A stretch of 64,000 nucleotides of DNA from a virus: the IMG/VR virus record IMGVR_UViG_3300045988_129218; one strand, given 5' to 3'. Made by a program: the position numbers and the translations under genes. The notes below the pieces were generated by a model, which made no database searches, was not told the origin of the DNA, and was given only the letters and a program-made list of their open reading frames with translations. Of the stretch, positions 42,231-51,639 are shown one piece after another (the stretch's first letter is position 1; the number at the start of each line of letters is the position of its first letter).

Positions 42231-42964
42231 ATAAAGGTTACATCCAGCTCGCCATGTCCACGGGCTTTTACGAGGACATTGACTGCATCGAGGTGCGCGA
42301 GGGCGAGCGGGAGGGACGAGACTCCCGTACCGGTAAGCCCATTATCAACCTTGCCAAGTACGAAACGGACGAGGAGCGTGACGCCCACAAGATCATCGGC
42401 TATTACGCCTACTACAAGCTGAACACCGGTTCCTTCCGCATGGAATATTGGCCGATGGACAAGCTGCTGCGTCACGCAGACCGATACTCCCCCGCCTTCA
42501 AGCTGGAGAAGTACAACGCCCTCATCAACGGTGAGCTGGACGCCAAGGAGCAGGCCAAACTTCTGAACGGTACGCCGTGGTATGACGTGAACGGCGGTCA
42601 GGACAGAATGTGCAAAAAAACTGTGCTCCGCAGCCTGCTGAACAGCGGCTATGCTCCTCTTTCCAACGAGGTACGCAGCTACTTCAACGAGGACAGAGAG
42701 GACGGAGTTGTGACGGACATCCCCGCCGCTCCTGCGGAGAGCGCCATCCCCGTGACAGATTTTTCCGTCAGCGAGGAAAATCGTGGTCAAGCAGAGGAAA
42801 CCACCGCAGAGCCTCCCACAAGCGCCGCTGTGGGTGAGAATGTCCCCGCCAATGGTAAGGATGCCGCCACTATCAAAAAGCGCCTAGAACGCAAGGAAAC
42901 GGCGGATGCGGCGACCGAGAGCGCAGAGGACTTCACCAACGGTTTCTTTGGGGAGGGTGAGTAA
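42231..42964 (+). CDS. recT: recT exon 2
   Basis: (Y)KGYIQLAMSTGFYEDIDCIEVREGE... is typical of the RecT core. Acidic C-terminal tail. Confidence 0.75.
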
Positions 42965-43513
42965 ATGCCTCTTTTTATCCGCAAGCGCGTAGACGCGGAG
43001 GGTAAGGCAGACGGCAGCCAGTACATGATCTGTACTGGCTCCGTCAGCCGGGACGCAAAAGTGGGGGAGATCCCCAAGAACCACATTCCCAAGGTGGAGT
43101 TTGGCATGGGGTACGACAGCAAGCAGTTCATGAATGTGTGCGCCGTTGGTGACAACGCTGCCACGAAGATTGCCGCGTGTTTGGAAAAGGGCGACGCGGT
43201 GGCGGTGGTGGGAATGTGGCGGCAAAGGCCGTACACCACCCGCGACGGCGAGGAAAAGGTGTGGAGCGAGCTCCGCGCCGACCATGTGATCCCGCTGGGA
43301 GCGCTGGAAACACTGCTGCAAGTGCCGACGGAGTATTTCCTTCGACTGGCCGACCTGCTGCCCTCGCTGGAAAAGCTGTGCGCCGGGGAGAAGCCGGATG
43401 TAAGACCGGCGGACGCGCCCCAGAGCGCGGCGGGTTTTCAGGAGATCGAGGATGACGAGCCGCTTCCGTGGGACGCGGAGGACAGCGGTGACGACTACGA
43501 GCTGAGTATCTGA
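42965..43513 (+). CDS. SSB-like protein with acidic C-terminal tail
   Basis: Position after recT. C-terminal DDEPLPWDAEDSGDDYELSI. OB-fold not verified. Confidence 0.5.
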   Translation: MPLFIRKRVDAEGKADGSQYMICTGSVSRDAKVGEIPKNHIPKVEFGMGYDSKQFMNVCAVGDNAATKIAACLEKGDAVAVVGMWRQRPYTTRDGEEKVWSELRADHVIPLGALETLLQVPTEYFLRLADLLPSLEKLCAGEKPDVRPADAPQSAAGFQEIEDDEPLPWDAEDSGDDYELSI

Positions 43514-43527
43514 CGGGGAGGAAAATC

Positions 43528-43752
43528 ATGAAAATCATTTGCACCAAGGAAGAATTTGCCGAGATGGTGGAGGTCTGCACACACCGTGTAGACGATGGAG
43601 AGTGCAGCAGCTGCCTGCTGTATGGTTCGTGTGGCGGTGAGAAAAAAGTTGTCCAATTTTGCACGGTCAATGAGGGAGGCAGTAAGTACCGCAACGAAGT
43701 GATGAGGAAAAGGTGTGAGAGAGCGCAGCTCGTTCTTGACGATGAGGGGTGA
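43528..43752 (+). CDS. Hypothetical Cys-rich protein (74 aa)
   Basis: GGGAGGAAAA RBS. Confidence 0.4.
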   Translation: MKIICTKEEFAEMVEVCTHRVDDGECSSCLLYGSCGGEKKVVQFCTVNEGGSKYRNEVMRKRCERAQLVLDDEG

Positions 43753-43757
43753 TTCGC

Positions 43758-44831
43758 ATGGCGGAGGAAAAGCGGTACTTCTGGTTGAGATTGTACGACG
43801 ACTTCTTTACCTCGAAGAGAATCAAAAAACTTCGAAAAATCGCCGGTGGAGATACTTACCTCATCATCTATCTGAAAATGCAGCTAATGGCAATGAAGCA
43901 CGGGGGCACATTGAAATGGTCTGGACTGGAGGAAAAATTTGCAGACGAGTTGGCATTGGATTTGGACGAAGATCCTGCCAATGTGGCGGTTACGCTGCAA
44001 TATTTGCTCTCCTGCGGACTGGCCGAGGCATCCGATGATCTGACAGAGGTATTTCTGCCTTACGCCGTGAAAAATGTGGGCAGCGAAGGTGCTGCCGCAC
44101 AGCGTATGCGGGAACATAGGGCGAGAAAAAACAACGCTTTGCCAGCACCGGAGCGTAACAATGTTACAACATCGTTCGAACTCTGTTACGGAGAGAAAGA
44201 GAAAGAGAAAGAGTCAGAGATATATACAGTCTCTAAAGAGCCTGTGTGTCGGACAAGTGATGTCCGACGTGTCATTGAGGCGTGGAATGATACCGGCTTG
44301 ACACAGGTGACGAAAATCACGGCGGACACCAATCGCGGCAGGATGCTGAAAGCGCGTATCCGGGAATACGGCGTAGATGGTGTGCTGAAGGCTATCGAGA
44401 ACGTGAAGAACAGCACATTCCTCAAGGGGCAGAACAACCGGGGCTTTGAGGCGACCTTCGACTGGTTTGTAAAGCCAAACAACTTCCTAAAGGTGCTTGA
44501 GGGCAACTACACGGACAAAAAAGCCGCCGAAACGGATTGGCGCACCAGCGAGGCATACCAGATCGCGGAATACCTTGCGCGTGAAAAGGCGAAGGACAAT
44601 CCCGGCAGGGCGTGGCCGACGGATGCGGAGATGCAGCGGCAGGCGGCGGTGCTGGAGGAGCTGCATACACAAAGCGGCGTGGCGTGGGACACGATAGACA
44701 ATGTGCTGTACTTCGCGCTGAATAGCCAGTGGTGGAGCAAGAAGGTGCAGAGCGCACACGACCTGAAATGGCACTTCAACGAGATTTTTGCGGATATGAA
44801 CAAGGAGCAGGGCGCGGTGAAGGAGGAGTGA
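43758..44831 (+). CDS. Phage replisome organiser (replication initiation) protein
   Basis: YFWLRLYDDFFTSKRIKKLRKIAGGDTYLIIYLKMQL matches the Phage_rep_org_N pattern. Confidence 0.7.
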   Translation: MAEEKRYFWLRLYDDFFTSKRIKKLRKIAGGDTYLIIYLKMQLMAMKHGGTLKWSGLEEKFADELALDLDEDPANVAVTLQYLLSCGLAEASDDLTEVFLPYAVKNVGSEGAAAQRMREHRARKNNALPAPERNNVTTSFELCYGEKEKEKESEIYTVSKEPVCRTSDVRRVIEAWNDTGLTQVTKITADTNRGRMLKARIREYGVDGVLKAIENVKNSTFLKGQNNRGFEATFDWFVKPNNFLKVLEGNYTDKKAAETDWRTSEAYQIAEYLAREKAKDNPGRAWPTDAEMQRQAAVLEELHTQSGVAWDTIDNVLYFALNSQWWSKKVQSAHDLKWHFNEIFADMNKEQGAVKEE

Positions 44832-44838
44832 GTTCCCT

Positions 44839-46176
44839 ATGGCAAACGAGATGATGCCCGTCACCATGCTGCACCGCAGGGACACCACGGAGATGGAGTA
44901 TCTGGTGGTGGGCGTACTGCTGCAAAAGCCGGAGATGGTCAGGCAGATGGCAGAGCTGGTGGAGAAGGACGATTTCAGCCTGTCGGTTTGCGGGGCGGTA
45001 TTTGAGCGGTGCTTGCAGGATACGCGGGCGGGACGGCATTTCGATATTGCGTCCGGCGTAGAGGCGATCAAGGACATGGTTGCAGAGCCGCTGCAATTCC
45101 TGCGGCAATGCGCGGAGATCACCGTGACCACCGCCAACGCGGAGCTGCACGCCCAACTGATCCACAAGGCGGCGGAGAACGAGCGCTTTTACGAGCGGGT
45201 GACGGAGGCGCTGAACAACGAGGAAGATCCGCAGGCGGCGGTGGCGGCGATCTGCCACCAGAAAATGCGGCAGAGACGCGGGACCCGGCTGAAAACGATG
45301 GCGGACGCCATGACCGAGGCGATGGAGAACATCGCCGGGAAGAAGGAGGGGCGTATAGACACGGGATTCCCCCTGCTGGATGCCACGCTGAAGGGCTTGT
45401 GGCCGGGGCAGCTCGTTCTGGTCGGCGCAAGACCGGGATGCGGAAAGAGTGCTATGTGCATGGAGATCGCGGAGAGCGCCGCCATGAAGGGAAAGACAGT
45501 CCTGCATATCACGGCGGAGATGATGGCCGGTGAGGTGGGAGAGCGTCTGATCGCCAAAAGAGCGGAGGGCGTGACAATGGATCAGCTCATCGACGGTGTG
45601 CCGGAAACGGATGAAGAACTGTGGATGAACATTGCCTACACCGCAAGCACCGCTTCGAGGCTGCCGGTCTACTTCTACGACGGCCCGGATGTGACAGTGA
45701 GCCGCATACGGGAGCTGGCGCTGGGCATTGAAAATCTCGGCATGATCGTGGTGGACTACCTCGGTCTGATAATCGGAGAAAAGGACAAGCGTGCGGAGAA
45801 CCGGAACCTTGAGCTGGGCGGCATCAGCCGGGAGTTGAAACTGCTGGCCTCGGAGTTGGAAATCCCCGTGCTGGCGGCGGCACAGCTTTCCCGCACGGTG
45901 AATGAAACGGATAAGCCGAGGCTGTCCTCTCTGCGCGACAGCGGTGAGCTGGAGCAGAACGCTGTGAAGGTGATCTTCCTCTGGAAAACCACGCCGGGGG
46001 ATGAAACGCAGGTGGGCTGCACGGTGGCAAAGAACCGGAGAGGCCGCACGGGAGATGTGAATTTCTACTTTGATGGCTCGAAGATGACCTTCGTGGAGTT
46101 GAGCCGCCGGACGGACGAGGATGAACCGGTGGATAAATTCCACCAGAGACCGAGACGAAAGCGGCTGGAAGTGTAG
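44839..46176 (+). CDS. DnaB-type replicative helicase
   Basis: GFPLLDATLKGLWPGQLVLVGARPGCGKSA (Walker A) and ...LAAAQLSR... Confidence 0.85.
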   Translation: MANEMMPVTMLHRRDTTEMEYLVVGVLLQKPEMVRQMAELVEKDDFSLSVCGAVFERCLQDTRAGRHFDIASGVEAIKDMVAEPLQFLRQCAEITVTTANAELHAQLIHKAAENERFYERVTEALNNEEDPQAAVAAICHQKMRQRRGTRLKTMADAMTEAMENIAGKKEGRIDTGFPLLDATLKGLWPGQLVLVGARPGCGKSAMCMEIAESAAMKGKTVLHITAEMMAGEVGERLIAKRAEGVTMDQLIDGVPETDEELWMNIAYTASTASRLPVYFYDGPDVTVSRIRELALGIENLGMIVVDYLGLIIGEKDKRAENRNLELGGISRELKLLASELEIPVLAAAQLSRTVNETDKPRLSSLRDSGELEQNAVKVIFLWKTTPGDETQVGCTVAKNRRGRTGDVNFYFDGSKMTFVELSRRTDEDEPVDKFHQRPRRKRLEV

Positions 46177-46196
46177 AAAAGACGCGAGGTGAGCCG

Positions 46197-46691
46197 ATGG
46201 GACTTGGACTGGAGGATATCGGGCGCTTTAGCCAGAAGGCGCAGGCGCAAATCTTGCAGAAGGTGCAGGAGCAGCAGAGAGCGGAGAAAATGGCGGCGGA
46301 TGCCAAAGCCAAGGCGGAAAAACCGAAGAAGGGCAACAAGCTCCACGCTGAGAAAGTGGACATGACCATGCCGGACGGTACGCTCATGCACTTTGACAGC
46401 AAGCGGGAGGCGCGGCGGTACATGGATCTGTGGCTGATGCAGCGTTCGGGAGAAATCACCAACCTGCGGACGCAGGTGAAGTATCCGCTGCTGCCCAAGC
46501 AGGTACACCCGGACGGCACGAGGGAACGCATCATAGACTATGTGGCGGACTTTGTGTACGAAAAGGACGGCGAAACGGTGGTGGAGGACAGCAAGGGCTT
46601 TCGGAACACCGCCAGCGCCGCATACCGGGTGTTTGTGATGAAACGAAAGATGATGCTGTATTTCCACGGCATCACGGTGAGGGAGGTTTAA
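46197..46691 (+). CDS. DUF1064-type (endonuclease-like) phage protein
   Basis: FDSKREARRYMDLWLMQRSGEITNLRTQVKYPL...YVADFVY...VEDSKG. Confidence 0.6.
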   Translation: MGLGLEDIGRFSQKAQAQILQKVQEQQRAEKMAADAKAKAEKPKKGNKLHAEKVDMTMPDGTLMHFDSKREARRYMDLWLMQRSGEITNLRTQVKYPLLPKQVHPDGTRERIIDYVADFVYEKDGETVVEDSKGFRNTASAAYRVFVMKRKMMLYFHGITVREV

Positions 46692-46697
46692 AACATC

Positions 46698-47021
46698 ATG
46701 TACGCAATGCAGGGAACGATGAGCGTCGGCGCATTCATGCGGAGCCTGGGCAGCGCTAAGGCCCCGTGGCTGACGGTGGATGCCGCGGCGGAGAGCCGGC
46801 GGCAGGAACATTGCGGAGAGACAGGACGATTTTTGAGCGGCGCGGTGGAGGACAGCCAGCATGAGCCGCAGGAGCGCATAGACACGTGCATGAACTGCCC
46901 GTACCCGGAGTGCCGCAACTGCTGGGAGCAGGCGCGGGATCGGAAGCGTAAGCGGAAGCGGAAGCAGTCAGCGCGGGAGCTGGCAGACAGCCTGCGCCTG
47001 CGCCGGTGCGGGGAGGTGTAA
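46698..47021 (+). CDS. Hypothetical protein (107 aa)
   Basis: ORF in operon. Confidence 0.4.
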   Translation: MYAMQGTMSVGAFMRSLGSAKAPWLTVDAAAESRRQEHCGETGRFLSGAVEDSQHEPQERIDTCMNCPYPECRNCWEQARDRKRKRKRKQSARELADSLRLRRCGEV

Positions 47022-47025
47022 GGCC

Positions 47026-47226
47026 ATGACGACGGTGTATATGATCGTGTCGCGGGATAAATACCGGTTTCCCCGCTGGTGGGGAACGAGTACGGCGGAG
47101 CTGGCGCGGCGTTCCGGGCGATCCTACGCCAGCACACGAAGCGCGATATGCAAGGCGTACCGAAACGGCGGACGGTTCGGATGCTATGAGGTGGTGCCCA
47201 TTTCGGAGGATGACGGGAATGGGTAA
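47026..47226 (+). CDS. Hypothetical protein (66 aa)
   Basis: ORF in operon. Confidence 0.4.
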   Translation: MTTVYMIVSRDKYRFPRWWGTSTAELARRSGRSYASTRSAICKAYRNGGRFGCYEVVPISEDDGNG

Positions 47227-47494
47227 ACAGCATTTGAGCCGGGATGACCGCATTTTCATGGACGGCAAGCGCAGAGGTACGCAGGAGTGCATGGACATGG
47301 TGGCAATGGCGCTCATCGACAAATGCGGCTGGCACGTCCAAGAGGAGACAGCGGACAGCCGGGACACGCAGAGCATTGCGTATCTGTACGAGTGCCTTGA
47401 GAAGCTGGCGGAGGAGATAAACGAGGGCCGCATCAAGCGGAAGCACATCAAGGACGTGCTGAAGGATGAGTGCGGCGTTGTGTTTGGAGATTAG
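47219..47494 (+). CDS. Hypothetical protein (91 aa)
   Basis: GGAGGA RBS before the ATG at 47219. Confidence 0.45.
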   Translation: MGKQHLSRDDRIFMDGKRRGTQECMDMVAMALIDKCGWHVQEETADSRDTQSIAYLYECLEKLAEEINEGRIKRKHIKDVLKDECGVVFGD

Positions 47495-47506
47495 GAGGTG
47501 ATTTAG

Positions 47507-49273
47507 GTGAAACATTTAGGCGATATTACGAAAATAAATGGGGCAGAGATTGAACCCGTTTGGTGTATTACAGGTGGTTCACCTTGTTAGACAGGATCTA
47601 TCCATCGCCGGGAAACGCGCCGGTTTGGCGGGAGCGCGAAGCGGCCTGTTTATGAAGCAGGTGCGCATCGTAAAAGAAATGAGGGAGGCGGACAAAAGGA
47701 ATGGACGGACAGGTGACATGGTCAGACCTCGGTATCTCGTGTGGGAAAACGTGGTCGGAGCCTTTAGCAGCAACAAAGGAAAAGACTTCGCAGCCGTGCT
47801 CGAAGAGATCATCAAAATCGTCGAGCCGGAAGCCCCCAGTATTGAAGTGCCCGAAAAGGGCTGGCCTACCTGGGGGGGTACCACGATGAGGTGGGAGGAC
47901 GATGGAGCGTGGTGTGGCGAACTCACGACGCGCAATACTGGGGAGTGCCCCAACGCCGTCGTCGTATCTCGGTTGTCGCAGATTTTGGAGGAGACACCGC
48001 ATCCGAAATACAATTTGACCGCAAAAGCGTGTCAGGGGATATTACGGCGAGCGGAGCGGCGGGGGAAGGACTTGCCGAAGCTGCTGAAAGAGGTTTTAAT
48101 CCGGCAGGCGGGGACTGCATGACGGCTTGGGATTGCCAAAGCAAGCGCATTTTTGACACAAACGGAAAATCTCCCACACTGCAAGGCGGCGTTGGTGGCG
48201 GCGTGAATAATCCTGCCATATTTGCGGCTATTCCCATCAACGACAAAGCCACCAGATGGCAGGGCGGCGGAGAGAGCCGCAACCACGATGGCAGCGGCAA
48301 CGGTCTTGGCATCGGCAAAGAGGGAGACCCATCACCCACGCTGACCGCTGGCGACCGTCACGGGGTAATGTGCATGACGCCTTGGGACGCACAGAGCCAG
48401 CGCGTATACGACGGAAACGGCGTTTCGCCTACGCTCAGTTCCCGTGAAAACAGTGGTCTGAACCGCGAAGCCGTGCTATGTGCCGGGTTTAAGGCCGGAC
48501 AGGGCGCACAGGCGGGCGGCATCGGGTGCGGTGAGGAAGTGTCGCCCACGCTGGCGGCGGCACCCAGCGGGACGAACCAAACCCCGGCAGTGGTGGAGCT
48601 GGACATGACACACGCCTGTGACGTCATCCGCGAGTGCGGGGAGCAAGTGCCGGCATTGCAGGCGAAAATGGGCACGGGCGGAAACCAAGTGCCGCTGACA
48701 TACCAAGATGTGACGGGTACGCTTTCCCCAGGCGCTCATGCCGGGAGCTACAACGGGCAGGACGCATACAACGATATGCTGGTGTGCGGGGCAACACCGG
48801 ATGTGGCACACGCGCTGCGGGCAAAGGCTGCCTGTGCGTACCGGGAGGACACGGAGACATACCCGGTGCAGAACATGGTGGTGCGCCGATTGACACCGTT
48901 GGAATGTACCCGCTTGCAGGGATACCCGGACGGATGGGTGGACATTGGCGACTGGACGGATGAGAAGGGCAAGAAACACAAGGACGCGGACAGCCCGAAG
49001 TACAAGGCGCTGGGCAACAGCATCGCCCTGCCCTTCTGGGACTGGATGCTGCGGCGCATGGCACGGTATTTGCCGGAGGGGGCAACGCTTGGGAGCTTAT
49101 TTGATGGTATTTCGGGCTTTAACGTCTGCTGGGCGAGAATACACGGAGCAGAGTGCTGCCGGTGGAGTTCTGAAATTGAGCAATTCCCTATTGCTGTGAC
49201 CAAAAAGCATTTCGGCGATGAAAAGTCAGGTGAGACGGGTGACTGGGAGATTTTTTCGGGAGGAATGACATGA
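47507..49273 (+). pseudogene. Cytosine-5 DNA methyltransferase, circularly permuted motif order, interrupted twice (three reading frames)
   Basis: AGGAGGTG-N8-GTG start. GGSPC-TAG (47588), then QDLSIAGKRAGL in the +1 frame. ENV motif. G7 tract at 47872-47878. QYWGVPQRRRR in the -1 frame. Four SPTL segments. RRLTPLECTRLQGYPDGW. GNSIALP. Then LFDGISGF and SEIE at the C-terminus. Confidence 0.7.
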
Positions 49274-49716
49274 TAAACGACGCTTTGTTTTCCAGCGACA
49301 AGAATTTCTGGGAAACGCCGCAAATGCTCTTTGATGAGCTGGACGCGGAGTTCCACTTCACGCTGGACGCTGCCGCCAGTGATGAAAATCACAAGTGTGC
49401 GCGGTATTTCACGCAAAGCGATGATGGTTTGCGGAAAAATTGGGGGGGCGAAACGGTGTTTTGTAACCCGCCCTACGGGAGCAAGGAAACCGGGCTGTGG
49501 ACGGAGAAGTGTTACCGCGAAGGACAGAAACCAGGGACAACGGTGGTGCTTCTGATCCCCGCCCGGACAGACCGTGCCAGCTTTCACGACTATATTCTGG
49601 GCAAGGCAGAGATCCGCTTCCTGCGTGGTAGGCTGAAATTTGAGCTGGACGGAAAGCCGATGGGGACGGCACCGTTTCCCAGCATGATTGCCATTTGGCG
49701 AGGAGGAATGACATGA
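49270..49716 (+). CDS. Phage Dam-family N6-adenine DNA methyltransferase
   Basis: ETPQMLFDELDAEFHFTLDAAAS and VFCNPPYG. Confidence 0.8.
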   Translation: MINDALFSSDKNFWETPQMLFDELDAEFHFTLDAAASDENHKCARYFTQSDDGLRKNWGGETVFCNPPYGSKETGLWTEKCYREGQKPGTTVVLLIPARTDRASFHDYILGKAEIRFLRGRLKFELDGKPMGTAPFPSMIAIWRGGMT

Positions 49717-50012
49717 CACGCGAGGAGATCATAACCGCGCTGCGGTGCTGTGCAGACATTGATGGCGAATTTGAGTGCAGTACAACCTGCGCGTTTTTCA
49801 AAACGAGCGACGAACTGGGCGACTGCTGCACAAAGAAAAATGTTGCCGCCGCTGACCTGATCGAGAACCAGCAGCGGCACATCGAGGCACTGATGAAAGC
49901 CAACGACAGCCTGAAGGACGCCATTGCACGGCGGGATAAGCAGATAGAGGACATGAATCAGGGCATGGCACAGCTGGCAAAGGCTGTGGCGGTGAAGGAG
50001 GAACAGAAATGA
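49713..50012 (+). CDS. Hypothetical protein (99 aa)
   Basis: ATGA overlap. Cys-rich N-terminus and coiled-coil C-terminus. Confidence 0.45.
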   Translation: MTREEIITALRCCADIDGEFECSTTCAFFKTSDELGDCCTKKNVAAADLIENQQRHIEALMKANDSLKDAIARRDKQIEDMNQGMAQLAKAVAVKEEQK

Positions 50013-50470
50013 GCCTTGAGGTTTGCCCGATGACGCTCAAGGAGGCGAACGCCTTTGTGGAGCAGCACCACCGGCATCATAAGCCAGTGGTGGGACACAA
50101 GTTCTCCATCGGCTGCACGGACGGAAAGGAAATCGTGGGCGTTGCCATTGTGGGCAGACCGGTGAGCCGGCATCTGGACGACGGATGGACGCTGGAGGTC
50201 AACCGGTTATGCACAGATGGCACTCACAATGCTTGCTCTATGCTGTACGCCGCTGCTTGGCGGGCGGCACGGGCGATGGGCTACAAACGACTTGTGACCT
50301 ACATACTAGACAGCGAAAGTGGCACAAGTCTGAAAGCCAGCGGGTGGAAATGCGTGGGACAGGCTGGCGGCTTGCGGTGGACAGGAAAGCGCAGACCGGA
50401 GGTCGATCTATATCCGGCGCAGATGAAAATTCGGTGGGAAAAGGAGGAACACGATGGATCGGTTGACTAA
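50009..50470 (+). CDS. XF1762-family-like (GNAT-fold-like) protein
   Basis: LKEANAFVEQHHRHHKPVVGHKFSIG...VGVAIVGRPVSRHLDDGWTLEVNRLCTDGTHNACSMLY. Family recalled from memory. Confidence 0.5.
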   Translation: MSLEVCPMTLKEANAFVEQHHRHHKPVVGHKFSIGCTDGKEIVGVAIVGRPVSRHLDDGWTLEVNRLCTDGTHNACSMLYAAAWRAARAMGYKRLVTYILDSESGTSLKASGWKCVGQAGGLRWTGKRRPEVDLYPAQMKIRWEKEEHDGSVD

Positions 50471-50696
50471 GTACACTGCGGAGTTGAGAAAAAGACTAAT
50501 TGACCTGCGTGACGAGTTAGAAACTGCTTACGACAGCATTTCGCAGTTGGATGGTGTCAATAGTAGTTTGATGGCCGCAAACTCGAAGCTGGCGGCAGAT
50601 CGCAAGGCACTTATCAACGAGCTATGCCAATACTGCGGGAAGTACAAACACGCACACGAGGGCGCCTGTGACGGGTGCAAATGGAGGGATATGTGA
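50454..50696 (+). CDS. Hypothetical coiled-coil/Cys protein; may continue in the +1 frame to 50793
   Basis: Ends ...ACDGCKWRDM*. The +1 frame continues ...CDGCFILCGFQKRKPEDFCSYGERK, like the C-terminus of 30517-30843. Confidence 0.4.
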   Translation: MDRLTKYTAELRKRLIDLRDELETAYDSISQLDGVNSSLMAANSKLAADRKALINELCQYCGKYKHAHEGACDGCKWRDM

Positions 50697-50773
50697 TGGA
50701 TGCTTTATTCTCTGCGGGTTCCAGAAGCGCAAGCCGGAGGACTTCTGCTCCTACGGCGAGAGAAAGGGAAAGA

Positions 50774-50965
50774 ATGAAACCGAGCGTACATGAGGGAAGA
50801 AGGTGCCCACATGCGGCCAGTTGCTTTGAGTGCCCGCTGCCGGATTGCAGGGCGGGTATGTGGACGGTGGCAAAATATAATCGACTCCCTCACGAAAAAT
50901 GCGGAAGCGAACTGTGGCGCAAGTGGAGCAAAACGATGAGGACAGAAGGTGAAATGAACGGATGA
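50774..50965 (+). CDS. Hypothetical Cys-rich protein (63 aa)
   Basis: AAAGGGAAAG before the ATG. CFECPLPDC. Confidence 0.35.
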   Translation: MKPSVHEGRRCPHAASCFECPLPDCRAGMWTVAKYNRLPHEKCGSELWRKWSKTMRTEGEMNG

Positions 50966-51153
50966 AGAAATACATAGCGGGGTTTGGCGCACTGGCAGTG
51001 CTGGTGGCGTTTGCGGCAGCGGAGCTGCTGGTATGGGGACGGGCGTATGAGACGGCGATAGGGTGCGTATGCTGCGGAGTGCTGTTGGCTGTAGCGGCGG
51101 TGTGCGGATGGGCGGCGGTGGAGTTCTGGCGAGAGGAGCGGAGAAAGAAGTGA
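50962..51153 (+). CDS. Small membrane protein (63 aa)
   Basis: Two hydrophobic helices. ATGA overlap. Confidence 0.4.
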   Translation: MKKYIAGFGALAVLVAFAAAELLVWGRAYETAIGCVCCGVLLAVAAVCGWAAVEFWREERRKK

Positions 51154-51422
51154 AGAAGGAAAAAAAGAAAGCGGGTTTTGGCGAATACCCACCGAGAGAG
51201 AGGTGCGACCTGTATGAGCCGATCAAGTGTGAGTGTGTGGGGCTGACGGTGGTGCTGTGCAGCGTGAAAGGGAAGTGCCCCTTTTACAAGACCGGTGAAC
51301 AGGCGCGGAAGGACCGGCTGGACAGCATACGGAAACGGAGACGAAAGGGACTGCTGATATCGGATGCAGAGGCTCGTATGCTGCTGGACGCGGAGAAGAT
51401 GCCCAGCGCGGAGGAGCGGTGA
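51150..51422 (+). CDS. Hypothetical basic protein (90 aa)
   Basis: GTG start overlapping the upstream stop. Confidence 0.4.
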   Translation: MKKEKKKAGFGEYPPRERCDLYEPIKCECVGLTVVLCSVKGKCPFYKTGEQARKDRLDSIRKRRRKGLLISDAEARMLLDAEKMPSAEER

Positions 51423-51423
51423 C

Positions 51424-51639
51424 ATGGCGGCTAACAAGGTGCTGCCGGGGCGAATACGCTACCTGCGGGAGAAGGCGCAGTTAAAGCGGTGCGTACTGTC
51501 AGAGCTGTGCGGGCTGAGCAAGGAGACCATAAAGCGCTACGAGGAGGGGACGGCAGAGCCGCTGGCCTCCTCACTGGAGGCGATGGCGGACTATTTCCAC
51601 GTGACGACGGACTACCTGCTGGGGAGAGAAGAAAAATAA
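51424..51639 (+). CDS. XRE-family HTH regulator (71 aa)
   Basis: IRYLREKAQLKRCVLSELCGLSKETIKRYEEGTAEPLASSLEAMADYFHVTTDYLLG. Confidence 0.6.
   Translation: MAANKVLPGRIRYLREKAQLKRCVLSELCGLSKETIKRYEEGTAEPLASSLEAMADYFHVTTDYLLGREEK

Noticed and set aside
47588-47590. In-frame TAG after the catalytic Cys read as a recoded sense codon (stop-codon reassignment)
   Set aside because: Reading through TAG stays in a frame that gives non-methylase sequence. The methylase continues only after skipping 4 nt. Other genes in the window use TAG as a normal stop, for example 47492-47494.
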